Assembly (NCBI RefSeq): GCF_004010195.1
Contig: NC_057720.1
Location: forward strand, 2,175,750-2,228,480
Direction of reading: 5' to 3'
DNA: 52,731 bases
Origin: Chiloscyllium plagiosum
Taxonomy: Eukaryota
Below, in pieces: positions 13,172 to 25,115 of this stretch. The notes beneath the pieces were generated by a model. The model was not told the origin of the DNA and made no database searches. It was given only the letters and a program-made list of their open reading frames with translations. Position 1 is the stretch's first letter. Each line of letters starts with the position of its first letter. The translations under genes and the position numbers were made by a program.

Positions 13172-13808
13172 CTCACTTAGCAGCAACCTATAACCCTCAG
13201 CATCCAGAAGGGTAGCAGATGCAACGAAGCACCAATACGTTCAAGGCTTTAATTCCGTTCCAAATTGAACATGTTTTGGCAGTTCCTTTGTCATTTGCTT
13301 AACTTCCTGGAATGTCCAGATTTGCACTTTACTTTTTCCTAAAACAAGTTGTTGATGGCTTTGTTAAATATTTGAGAAGTTTCAGATCAGCATCCACAAA
13401 TACCAGATGCTTTACTAAATATTAGCAACAAAAGTCAGGAATGTTTCATTTGCGGCTGAGACAATACAGATATCTTGTATTACTAGCCTCCAGTTTCTTT
13501 CTCCTCTTCCTCACGTTGAACATATTCCCCATTGCTTTAAAAAGAATTGTTTATGTAAGTCAGTCAGCATTTTAAATGAACAATCCGCAATTACAGTGTG
13601 ACAAAATTATTTAGAATATTTGACACAGAAGCAGTCCTTCAGGCCAACTAGTCCACCCTGGTGATTGTAGTCCTCAGGAATTTATGGAGTCTTTAACCCA
13701 AGTTTTACTGATTAAATATGCTGACGTGAAGTGTGTGTTTTGGAAATTGAATGAAACCCATTTAGTCACTGTAGTTCTTGATTTCTGTGCCTTCTGACCT
13801 TCTTACAG

Positions 13809-13958
13809 TTACCCGATGTTTGTTACTCATGGTGGGTGCTGGCCTCTTTGAAAATCATTGGGCGATTGCACTGGATTGACAAAGATAAATTAAGCCGTTT
13901 TATCTTGGCCTGTCAGGATGAGGAGACTGGTGGATTTGCAGATCGGCCTGGAGATGTG
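13809..13958 (+). CDS. RABGGTB: RABGGTB coding exon (exon 8 equivalent), 150 nt
   Basis: Flanked by cttacag| and |gtaagt. Encodes [50 protein letters not shown], including the Zn-ligand DxC motif. Confidence 0.98.
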
Positions 13959-14443
13959 GTAAGTGTCCAGGCAGCTGTGATTGGGATGTGTGGTTGGGAG
14001 GGGGATGCCTCATATAGTAATACTCCACAGTCCAATTAATTGTGGTTGGGAGCTTACATCTGGAGGTCTGCTGTAGCCAGAGGGTCCGATTGTAAATCAA
14101 GTAAGTTACTTGCCTCTTTTTAAATTAGTTTGAGATGTGAGGGTCAGTGATTAATGCAGCATTTGTTGCCCAGCCCTAATTGTCCTTAAAGTGGCGGTGT
14201 TGAGCTGTCTTTCTTGGGGTACACCCACAGTGCTGCTAAGGAAGGAGTTCCAGAATTTTGACCCCAGCATGAACAACAATAAATTTCTAAGTCAGATTGG
14301 TGACTGGCTTGAGGAGAACTTTCAGGAGGTGATGTTCCTGTGTATCTGCTATGTTTCTCTAGATGATAGAGGTTGTGGGTTTGGAAGGTGCCGTTGAGGA
14401 AGCATTAGTGAGTTGTACAGATAATACACACTGCTGTCATTGT

Positions 14444-14679
14444 CATGACTCGGAGTTGCCGGTGTTGGCCTGGGGTGTACAAAGTTAAAAATCACACAAC
14501 ACCAGGTTATAGTCCAACAGGTTTATTTGGAAGCACACTAGCTTTCGGAGCGACGCTCCTTCATCAGGTGATTGTCCTGATGAAGAACAATCACCTGATG
14601 AAGGAGCGTCGCTCCAAAAGCTAGTGTGCTTCCAATTAAACCTGTTGGACTATAACCTGGTGTTGTGTGATTTTTAACT
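14444..14679. mobile_element. Palindromic PLE-derived mini-element (family 2) with TSD
   Basis: 93-bp inverted arms (14483-14575, 14587-14679; 2 mismatches). Direct repeat actgctgtcattgt at 14430-14443 and 14677-14690. Confidence 0.85.
14536..14570 (-). ncRNA. Minimal hammerhead ribozyme (family 2)
   Basis: CAC-CUGAUGA-A-GGAGC GUC GCUCC-GAAA-GC-UA-GUG: core, 5-bp stem II, palindromic AGCU stem III and 3-bp stem I. Confidence 0.65.
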
Positions 14680-15350
14680 GCTGTCATTGTGTTAGTGGTG
14701 AATTGATGAAGTTTTAATGGGTTAAGAGATTAATGGGTCGCCAAAGGTGTTTAACTTTGAATTTTGTTGGAATCGCACTCATCCAAGCAAATGGAGAGTA
14801 TTCCTTCACACTCTGATTTGTACTTTTCAGATATTAGACAATCTTTGGGGAATCAGAGGTGAGGGACCACAGTATTCCTAGCCTCTGATCTTCTAGCCAC
14901 AATATTCATGCGGCTAGTCCACTTCAGCTTCTAACTGATGGTAAGCTTCATGACGTTGGTAGTGGTAGGTCCAGTGATGATGTTATTGAATGTCAAGGGG
15001 TGTTGATTAATTTTTCTTTTGTTGAGGTTGGCTATTGTCTTACACTTGTGTGACATAAATGTGCCTTACCACTTATCAGTCCAAGCCTGGATGTCTTTCA
15101 GATGTGGGTAGATTCATGTGGGTACAGACTATTTCAGTATCTGTGGAATCCTGACTGGAGCAGATGTTATGATAGATGGGAAGAATGCACTGATAATCAA
15201 ACTCCTATACTCTACCAGTTGCACAGTTAGTATAAACTGTGTTGATTTAGTCACCAAAATGGCTAATAGATTCCCTTTTGTACTGCTATCAAGAATGAAA
15301 GTGATCTTTACAAGACTTCTAATGAATACAGTAGAGTGTGATTATTATGA

Positions 15351-17745
15351 TAGAAAACATAGAACATAACAGCACAGTACAAGCCCTTCGGCCCTCGATG
15401 GTTTCGCAGGGCAGCACAACAATCTGAAGCCCATATAGCCTACATTATTCCATTCTCATCCATATGCCTATCCAATGACCATTTAAATGCCTGTGAAGTT
15501 GGCGAGTCTTCAACTGTTGCAGGCAGTATGTTCCACGTCTCTACTACTGTGAGTAAAGAAACTACCTCTGACATCTATTCTGTATCTATTACCCCTCAAT
15601 CTAAAGCAATGTCCCCTCATGCTAGCCATCACTATCTTCGGAAAAAGGCTGTCACTATCCATCCAATCTAACCCTCTGATTATCTTATATGTCTCAATTA
15701 AGTCACCTTTCAACCTTCTTCTCTCTAATGAAAACAGCCTCAAGTCCCTCAGCCTTTCCTCATAAGACTTTCCCTCCATACCAGGCAACATCCTAGTAAA
15801 TTGCCTCTGAACCCTTTCCAAAGCTTCCACATCATTCCTATAATGCGGTGACCAGATCTGCATGCAATACCCCAAGTGCAGCCACACCAGCATTTTGTAC
15901 AGCTGCAGCATGACCTTGTGGTTCTGAAACTCAATTTCTCTACTGATAAAAGCTCACACATCGTATGCCTTCTTCATAACCTTATCAACCTGGATGGCAG
16001 CTTTGAGGGATCGATGTACATAAACACAGAGATCTCTCTGCTGATCAACACTACCAAGACTCTTACCATTCGCCCAGTACTCAGCATTCCTGTTATTCTT
16101 TCCAAAGTGAATCATCTCATACTTTTCTGCATTAAACTCTTCTTGCAGTTAGCCAATTTCTGATCCAAACCGCTAAGTCACCCTCAGTCCCATGCCTTGG
16201 TATTTTCTGTAATAGCCTACCATGGGGAATCTTATCAAGCGTCTTACTGAAATCCATGTACACCACCTCAACTGCTTTACCCTCATCCACATGTTTGGTC
16301 ACCTTCTCAAAGAACTCAGTAAGGTTTGTGAGGCATGACCTACCCTTCAAAAACAGTGTTGTCTATCTCTAATCAATTTATTCCTCTCTAAATGATTATA
16401 AATCCCATCTCTCATAACCTTTTCCAACAGTTTATCCACAACCAAAGTAAGGCTCACTGGTCTATAATTTCCAGGGTTGTTTCTACTCCCCTTTTGAACA
16501 AGGGAATAACATTTGGTATCCTCCAGTCTTCTGGCACTATTCCTGTAGACAATGATGACATAAAGACACGGTGGCCCAGTGGTTAGCACTGCTGCCTCAC
16601 AGTGCCAGAGACCCGGGTTCAGTTCCCGCCTCAGGCGACTGACTGTGTGGAGTTTGCACGTTCTCCCCGTGTCTGCGTGGGTTTCCTCCGGGTGCTCCGG
16701 TTTCCTCCCACAGTCCAAAGATGTGCAGGTCAGGTGAATTGGCCATAGTAAATTGCCCATAGTGTTAGGTAAGGGGTAAATGTAGGGGTATGGGTGGGTT
16801 GCGCTTCGGCGGGTCGGTGTGGACTTGTTGGGCCGAAGGGCCTGTTTCCACACTGTAATCTAATCTAAAAAAAAATCTAATCTGTAATCTAATCTAATCA
16901 AAGATCAAAGCCAAAGGTTCTGCAAACTCTGCCCTGGTTTCTCAGAGAATCCTGGGATAAATTTCATCTGGCCCAGGGGATTTATCTATTTTCACCATTT
17001 CCAGAATTGCTAACACCACCTCCTTGTGAACCTCAATCCCATCTAGTCTAGTAGCCTGTTTCAACATATTATCCTGGACACCATTGTCTTTTTCCAGTGT
17101 GAATACGGATGAAAAATATTCTTTAGTGCTTCCCCTATCTCTTCTGACTCCACGCACAACTTCCCACTACTGTCCTTGGCTGGCCCTAATCTTACTCTAG
17201 TCATTCTTTTATCTCTTATATAACCTATGGAAAGCTTCAGCGTTTTCCCTGATCCAATTTGCCAGCAATGTCTCATGTCCCCTCCTCACTCATCTTAGCG
17301 CTCTGTATAGGTCTTTCCTGGCTACCTTGTAACTCGCAATCGTCCTAACTGAGCCTTCACATCTCATCCTAACATAAGCTTTCTTCTTCCTCTTGACAAG
17401 TGATTCAACGTCCTTAGTAAACCATGGCTCCTGCGTTAGACCACTTCACCCTACGTGACAGGTACATACTTATCAAGGACACACAGAATGTTTCTTGTGC
17501 CCATCCCCTGCAGTTTCCTTCCCCATCCTATACATCCTAAATCTTGCCTTTCCCCCAACTGTAGCTCTTGCCCTCTGGTGTAAACATATCCCTTTCCATC
17601 GCAAAAGTAAACATAACTGAATTGTGGTCACTATCACCAAAGTGCTCACCACCTCCAAATCTAATACCTGGCCGGGTTCATTATCCAGTACCAAATCTAA
17701 TGTGGCCTTGCCCCTTGTTTGCTTGTCTACATACTGTGTCAGAAA
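15351..17745 (-). mobile_element. CR1-type LINE (deleted RT region plus 3' end), interrupted by a SINE
   Basis: GNYRPVSLTLVV, YMDFSKTLDKIPH, FSLERRRLKGDLIE and DKSPGPDEIYPRIL. Confidence 0.92.
16565..16899 (+). mobile_element. Full-length HE1/V-SINE-type tRNA-derived SINE
   Basis: A box TGGCCCAGTGG, B box GGTTCAGTTCC, V-domain-like tgtgtggagtttgcacgttctccccgtgtctgcgtgggtttcc, (taatc)n tail, short aaaga duplication. Confidence 0.9.
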
Positions 17746-18545
17746 ACTGCAGGTTGAATCCGTGGTTCAGAAAGCAAATGTAATGTTGTCATTTATCTCA
17801 AGAGAGTTGGAATGTAAAAGCAGCGACATGCTATTAAGACTTTATAAAGCTCTGGTTAGGCCCCATTTGGAATACCATGTCCAATTTTGGGTCCCACACC
17901 TCAGGAAGGACATACTGGCACTGGAGTAAGTCCAGAGGAGATTCACTCGGATGATCCCTAGAATGGCAGGCCTAACATATGATGAATGACTGAGGATCCT
18001 GGAATTGTATTCATTAAGAGTTTAGAAGGTTGAGGGGAGATCTAATAGAAACTTAGAACTTAGAACATAGAACAATACAGCACAGAACAGGCCCTTCGGC
18101 CCACGATGTTGTGCCGAACATTTGTCCTAGCTTAAGCACCTATCCATGTACCTATCCAATTGCCGCTTAAAGGTCACCAATGACCTTATAAGATAATGCA
18201 TGGCTTAGAAAGAATGGATGCTGGGAATTTGTTTCCGTCAGGCAGTGATACTAGCACCTGTGGGCACAGCCTTAGAATTAGAGGGGATCAATTTAGAATA
18301 GAAATGAGGAGACATTTCTTAAGCCAGAGAGTGGTGGGCCTGTGGAATTCATTGCCATGGAGCACAGTGGAGGCTGGGACATTAAATGTCTTCAAGGCAG
18401 AGATTGATAAATTCTTAATCTCACAAGGAATTAAGGGGTGAGTGCAGGTAAGTGGCGCTGAAATGCCTATCAGCCATGATCGAATGGCAGAGTGGACTCG
18501 ATGTGCTGAATGGCCTTACTTCCACCCCTATGTCTTATGATCTTA
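17746..18545 (+). mobile_element. CR1-type LINE 3' fragment with a short antisense CR1 tail inserted at ~18052-18185
   Basis: LYKALVRPHLEYHVQFW and SQRVVGLWNSLP; tcttatga tail. Confidence 0.88.
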
Positions 18546-18549
18546 AAAA

Positions 18550-19715
18550 CCTCCACGCATTGGACAAAAACTGACCCATCGAAAGTACTTGAACTATAGT
18601 ATTCCCAGTCAATATTTGGAAAGTTAAAGCCCCCCATAACAACTACCCTGTCACTCTTGCTCCTATCGAGAATCATCTTCACTATCCTTTCCTCTACATC
18701 CCTGGAACTATTCGGAGGCCTATAGAAAATTCCCAACAGGGTAACCTCTCCTTTCCTGTTTCCAATCTCAGCCCATACTACCTCAGTTGCTGAATCCTCA
18801 TGCGTCCTTTCTGCAGACGTAATACTGTCCTTGACTAACAATGCCACACCCCCTCCTCTTTTACCAGCTTCTCTGCTGTTACAGAAACATCAAATCTTGG
18901 AACCTGCAACAACCATTCCTATCTCTGCCCTGCCCTACCCATGTCTCTGAAATGGCCACAACATCGAAATCTCAGGTACCAACCCATGCTGCAAGTTCAC
19001 CTGATTCCGGATGCTCCTAGAACATAGAACAATACAGCACAGAACAGGCCCTTCGGCCCACGATGTTGTGCCAAAACAGACACACTTCAAACCAACTTCT
19101 TACTTGCTGGTCCCTCTTGCGACTCTGAAACTCTATTTCGGACCTCCCTACTCTCAACCTCCTCTATACTTCAATTCTGGTTCCCATCCCCCAGCTGAAT
19201 TAGTTTAAACCCTCCTGAAGAACATTAGCAAATTCCCCCCCCCCCCCTCCAGAATATTGGTACCCCTCTGGTTCAGGTGAAGACCATCCTGTTTATAGAG
19301 GTCCCACCTACTCCAAAAAGAGCCCCAATTATCTAGGAATCCAAAACCCATCCTCCTGCACCGTCCCTGTAGCCAAGTGTTCAAGTCCTCTCCCTCCCTA
19401 TTCCTCGCTTCACTAGCACGTAGCATGGACAATAAACCAGAGATGATAACTCTATTTGTCCTAGCTCTAAGATTCCACTCTAGCTCCCTGAATTTCTGCC
19501 TTAAATCCCCAGCCCTCTTACTCCTTATGTCGTTGGTGCCGGTGTGGACCACGACTTGGGGCTGCTCCCCCTCTAGGATCCTGAAGACATGATTCATGAA
19601 CCCTGGCACCTGGGACCAACTGTGAGTTGCTCTCGTTCCTACAGAACCTCCTGTCTGTCCGCCTAATTATGAAGACCCAATGACTAATGGTCTGCTGCTC
19701 TTCCCCCTTATTCTT
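18550..19715 (-). mobile_element. CR1 5' part: ORF1 SGNH/esterase domain and ORF2 endonuclease
   Basis: VVVHTGTNDI...LYKQDGLHLN (esterase) and GIFYRPPNS...VMGGFNFPNIDW (APE endonuclease). Confidence 0.88.
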
Positions 19716-20186
19716 AAAACAAGTGACAAACACTGGTTAACATTGTACACTAGAATCTGGAGTTAGAACTATAGTCTCTTAATTCCAAACACAGACACTT
19801 ATTCACAGCACAAAAGAAATTGATCTCAGCTGAGATGATATTTTTAAAGAAAGGAACAAAAGAGCAAAACACTCTGTTTGGCCTAGAGCTTAACAACAAA
19901 GGAAAGGATTTAAGGACTTTTCTCAGTTCAGCTGATTTCTTATTGACAAAATTGAATTTAAATCAAGCTAGATCTGAGTCTTGGGAAGTGGTCACAGTTC
20001 AGCTTTTCAGGGGTACAAGGTAGTCAGAAATACTCTTATTTGAAAACTGTATTAGGTTCGCAGAAATCTCTGTTGCAAAGAGGCAAAATTGGAGCTCCGA
20101 AAGTTTTTTTCCTGATTGCCTGACTACTAAAGTCTGTGAAAGTAGAAAACTAAGTCCAGAAAAGACTGCTAGGCAACTACCAATAT

Positions 20187-20423
20187 AGAGCTGAAAAGTG
20201 TCATGCTGGAAAAGTGCAGCAGGTCAGGCAGCATCCAAGGAGCAGGAGAATCGGCATTTCAAGCATAAGCCCTTCTTCAGGAACTAGCTGAACGTCCTGA
20301 AGAAGGGCTTATGCCCGAAACGTCGATTCTCCTGCTCCTTGGATGCTGCCTGACCTGCTGTGCTTTTCCAGCAACACATTTTTCAGCTCTGATCTTCAGC
20401 ATCTGCAGTCCTCACTATCTCCT
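20187..20423. mobile_element. Palindromic PLE-derived mini-element (family 1) with TSD
   Basis: About 96-bp inverted arms (20187-20282, 20295-20390). Direct repeat aactaccaatatagag at 20175-20190 and 20424-20439. Confidence 0.85.
20297..20324 (+). ncRNA. Minimal hammerhead ribozyme core, sense strand of the last RABGGTB intron
   Basis: CUGAAGA-A-GGGC UUAU GCCC-GAAA-C-GUC; stem I about 3 bp (GUC/GAU). Confidence 0.6.
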
Positions 20424-20819
20424 AACTACCAATATAGAGGCCTCCACATCTTTTCCAACCCAGGTTTTCCAGCAGATCAGGACCATAAATCCCATTTCTT
20501 AGCCCCTCCACCCTAAACTACTTGTTTTTTTTCTCCAAAGTCACTTTCTGGAGCAGCAGATTGGTTACAGCATATACTGAGTTGAATTTATTTCCAAGAA
20601 ACACTTTTCATTCGGAAATGTCAAACAATTTCATACGTACCAGTTTCTCATCAATCCACAAATATAAGTATTTATTTCCGACACAACTGGTCAATGACTC
20701 TGTGCAGGTGAGTTTTGTTACATGTAAGGTGAGCCTTACATGTAAGGCTAATTATTGGACAGTTTCGTTATAAACCAGGTTTCTTTGATCACCATTATCG
20801 TTTATTTTTATGTTGCTAG

Positions 20820-20960
20820 GTTGATCCCTTCCACACTTTGTTTGGAGTGGCCGGCCTGTCCCTGATGGGAGATCAGCGGATAAAGCCAGTTAACCCAGTG
20901 TTTTGCATGCCAGAGGATACCCTACGGAAAATTGGCCTCCAGCCTGAACTACTGCACTAA
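20820..20960 (+). CDS. RABGGTB: RABGGTB terminal coding exon (exon 9 equivalent), ends at TAA
   Basis: Acceptor tgttgctag|. Encodes [46 protein letters not shown], with the Zn-ligand His in DPFH. Confidence 0.97.
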   Translation, partial: VDPFHTLFGVAGLSLMGDQRIKPVNPVFCMPEDTLRKIGLQPELLH

Positions 20961-21600
20961 AGGGATTTGAAGGATGACTTCTTGGTGCTGTTTGAATGCT
21001 GTTGTGGACAGATCAAAGTTTAACAAAGGGTACTTCAACACCCACCATTTCACTTGGGGTTTGGCAATAATTTGTAGGTTTTATCTGATACATGGAATTG
21101 GTTTGTTAACGCTATGGTTTCCACAGCATACCATTGCTACAAGGGATTGAGAGGTGTAATACTGCACTTCATTTGTCACACACCATCAGTCATGGCAGCC
21201 AACTTCATTCCAGCTGGTCTTATTATAATATAGTTGCTGGCTGACTTACACGAACATCCTTTATAAATTGTTTTGTGTGATATATATTTATATATCTCAT
21301 GTACACAAATATTATTTATATGTACTTAAATTTTAACCGTTAATGATCTATGGAGGGGGGCTGGTGTTTGGACAATGTTGCATTTGGGTTGAGATTCAGA
21401 AATGAGTAAATTGCTGTTAAATTTCACAGGGCTCCTAATGTAAAAGAAAGCTGCTAAATTCAAGATTGTGAAACTAAATTGCAGGTTTTTTTCAAGTACA
21501 TTCTATATTTGCTTTCCATGTAAATTTTAATAATAGGTTTTAATTTGTCAGATATCAGTCAAGCCTAGCTGTTGAACTCAGGTGGTCTTTCAAGCTCCCC
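20961..21600 (+). other. RABGGTB: Probable RABGGTB 3' UTR (3' end undefined)
   Basis: AT-rich, non-repetitive sequence directly after the stop codon. No canonical AATAAA seen before the next LINE fragment at ~21750. Confidence 0.55.
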
Positions 21601-21749
21601 AAGAACATCTGCAGATGAATGGGTGAGGGAATGTTTTATCAGTTTTAGAAAAAGTCTTTAAAAATTAGTGAATCAGTGTGAAGAGTTGAAATACTTCTTT
21701 TCTGATTGTATGCAGGAGGTAAACTTTACTCTGAAATTCTGTCTAAATG

Positions 21750-23000
21750 CTAACATAGAAAAATAGGAACAGGCACAGGTCCCTACAGTCCCGAGAGCCT
21801 GTTCCGCCAGTCACAATCATGGCTGATCATCTACCTCAATGCCATATTCATGTGCTATGCCCAAATCCCGTGGTATCATGAGTAATGAAAACTTTACCAG
21901 TTTTTGTCTTGAGCATACATAATGATTGAGCTTTCACAGCGCTCTGGAGTAGAGAATTCCAAGGATTTTCAGCAAAGAAATTCCTCCACATCTCAGTCTA
22001 AAATAGATAACTTTTTTTGAGAGCCTGTGCGCCCTGGTTCTTGAAGCTCTCCGCCAGTCAGTGCAGAAACATCCTTCCTGCATTTACCCCTTAAGAATTA
22101 CATTGTTTTTGATGATATCACACTTATTCTTCTACACTCCAGAGAGTTTAGGCCCAATCTCCTCAGTCTCTCTCAACTGGACAGTTCCACCATCTTTGGA
22201 TTCATTCTAGGGAACCTCCACTATTCTTCCTCTATGGCAAGTAAATCCATCCTTAGGTATGGGAACCAGAACTACACAAAATACTCCAAATACAGTCTCG
22301 CCAACATTGTGTACGCTTGAAGAAAGACATCTTTACTTCTGTCTTCAAATTGTCTTGCAATATTGTCCAATGCGCCATTTGCCTTCATAAATACTTGCTA
22401 TGCCTGCATATTAGATTTCATAATTTATGTACAAGGACATCCAGGTCCCTTTGAACATCAACAGTTTCCAATCTCTCAACATTTAAAAAGTACTCTGCAT
22501 ATCCATTCCTCCTCCTGAAGTGAATAACCCATCACTGTTCTTTACTGTATTCCACCTGCTGTGTGTTGCCCACTCAGCCTGTCTAAATGCCTTAAGGTCT
22601 CTTTGCATTATCGTTGCAATACATTTTCGTCACCAGTTTTGTATCATCTCCAGACTTGGAAATATTACGCTTACTCCCAATATCCATTGTGAATAGCTGA
22701 GTGCCCAAGCTCCGATCCTTGTGATACTGCACTTGTTACAGCCTGCCAACCAGAGAATGAACCATTTATTCCTAATGTTTTCTCCTCATGAAGTAACCTC
22801 AACCCATTCAGTATAATACAGCCTGTCCATGCCTGTACATTACCTCCAGTCCATGCCTGTACATTACCTCCAATCCATGCCAGTATATTACTCCCTATCC
22901 CATGTGCTCTATTGCCCTCCTTTGTGGAACATTATCAGAGGTCTTCAGTCATTCCAAATATGTCACATCCACAAGTGAATTTCCCCTAATGTACTCTGTT
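21750..23000 (-). mobile_element. Old CR1-type LINE fragment
   Basis: Degenerate similarity to the other CR1 3' regions (accagaactacacaaaatactccaa, tttgtatcatct). Confidence 0.7.
22825..22897. repeat. 24-bp tandem repeat, about 3 copies
   Basis: gtccatgcctgtacattacctcca x2 plus one degenerate unit. Confidence 0.85.
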
Positions 23001-23879
23001 AGCAGCAATACAATGAAAATTGGTAGAAGGTACACCTTATTTCAGCAACACACAAACAAAATATTGCAGATGCTGGAATTCTGAAATAAAACCAGTAAAT
23101 GTTGAAAATGCTTAGGTCTGGCAGCATCCATGCAGAGAGAAACCCAGTTAATGTTTCATGTCAATATTCAAGCTTTAATAATTTTGGATAGTATAGTTAA
23201 ATTTATACTTCCCAGAGATCATCTATATCTTTGTAATTAAAGCTGGTCTATTGAGGTACCATAACTGTGTTTATAGTGTAGCCGCCTATGAAATTCTTTT
23301 TGTTGTTCTGCTCTTGGGTTTAATGTTTTAGGGAAGCAAATGTGGCAGCAGGTAGAGTTTAAATGTAGCAGCTTAAATGATTTAATTGAAAGGGCAATAA
23401 ATGAATCAAAGAGCTATAGAACATCAAACTGGAAGCAAAATAGGAAAAGATTGAAGTGTGCTGTGGGCAAGAACTGTGAATGTCATTTAAAGAACTGAAG
23501 TAAAATCTAAAGCAGCAGAGATAACTAATTTAGATGTAATATTAGTGTTGAGGGAAGAGACAAGGTTCTGCGGTTCACTGTTTTTTCTGGCCTGGGAAGA
23601 GAAGATTTCTGATTACACGGCCTTGAAACGAATTAAATGATAATAATCTTCCCCCATAAATGTTTACAATTATTTCTTTAGAAGTAAGAACTCCTCACTT
23701 AAAGTTGTGATTGTGTTGTTGAAAAAATCATGACTTCAAAGGAAATGTTTAAGTGAAGCATCGGTTCCCATAGGAAACAATATTACAACTGGAATTAGGT
23801 CCTGTACGTGGAGTTTAAATTGCTGAATGCCTGTATTGGTAAATAAATAACCATTAAAATACATTTTTCCAATATTAAA

Positions 23880-24330
23880 ATAAAATGTTGTATACAACTC
23901 AGTACTTAGAGAGTCTCCTGTTGTCGATCCTCCAAGTGTGCAGCCCAGGGCATTGCTGCATGGGGTCTGTGCCCTGGGAGAGGGCCTATGTTCACTGGGC
24001 TCTGGGCCACATGCCACTATCGCTTATTCCTGGACACGTCAGGCCACTGTCTGGTGTCATTCTTTTGGGTGCTGCTGTACTCCTTATAGGACGTCACTGT
24101 CTCTGAGGTTCACTTGGGCTGCCAGCCAATGGGGCTATGCTTCCTGGCTAACTGTGAGGCACTCCACCCTGCGCTGGCCAGAGGGGTATTGGTTGTGGCA
24201 GGGGCTTGTTGGTTCCACTCCACTGCACTTTCTGGGTGTTGTCCAGTGCTGTGAGGCTTCTGTGGTGGATTGCTGCTTTCAAACGCTGGAGCAGCAAGAG
24301 GATGATGGGATTTTATGCCAATCAGATCAG
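23880..24330 (-). mobile_element. Possible Tx1/L1-like ORF2 C-terminal remnant
   Basis: Frameshifted minus-strand PRKCSGVE...Q.PLASAGW...DVL*G resembles a decayed zinc-knuckle tail. Weak. Confidence 0.3.
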
Positions 24331-24986
24331 GTATTATCCAGTTTAATCAACATTAAGTTGAATATTGCAACACTCAACAAAATATTTCAGGCTTCATTTG
24401 TGAAATGACATTAAATTGAAAATGCTGCACAAGCCTTTTTTAATCAGAGTCCCTGTGATTCTTGAAGTCCACATTTCCTTTGCAGCTTTGAATCACTCGA
24501 AAGATGCTGCTCTCCTGTCCAATCTTCTGGGGAAAAAAAAAATTAATTTAAATAATCGCGGTAATGGAAGAGCATATGGGATTGTGCAGCGAATTAGTGA
24601 TCACATTAAACTGAAAAAGTAAGCATCTACCTTCAGTAACTATTGTAAATTGTCCTTTTGTGGCCAACGTAACCCAACTTTAGTTCAACATATTTATTTC
24701 AAAGTAAAAAATGTATTTGTCATTATTTAGCTGAATACATTGAGAATTTGACTCTAGCAAATGTCTCATCAAAATGTTATGCTAATTTTACCCCTGTTTA
24801 AATAAAATATAACTGTTGTATTTGTGTGTATCCTGTGTTCTGTTGAAGTCCTTTCAAGTAAAATTAAACAGTCTTTCAGAGCCAGGGAGAAAAGTAAACT
24901 CTGTCACACTCACTAGTGTGTGCTCTCATCTCTCTCTCCCGCTCTTGCTAGCATGTCCTCATTTTCATTGCTTTTATTCTTGATGG

Positions 24987-25115
24987 GAAAAAGTGAGGAC
25001 TGCAGATGCTGGAGACCAGAGTTGAAAAGTATGGTGCTGGAAAGACACAGCAGGCCAGGCAGCATCCGAGGAGCAGGAGAATCGGCATTTCGGGCATAAG
25101 CCCTTCTTCAGGAAT
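24987..25115 (-). mobile_element. PLE terminal repeat fragment (family 1), hammerhead core decayed
   Basis: gtgaggactgcagatgctgg...gggcataagcccttcttcagg. Confidence 0.8.

Noticed and set aside
16565..16640. tRNA gene
   Set aside because: The A/B boxes run straight into a SINE body and tail, so this is a SINE head.
19720..20700. Possible second LTR-like block
   Set aside because: No clear termini or TSD could be defined.
1..20820. Intronic SNORD45/U45 snoRNAs, known guests of vertebrate RABGGTB
   Set aside because: I saw no C/D-box unit with the U45 guide sequences. As I recall, the human copies lie in introns 1-3, which are upstream of this window.
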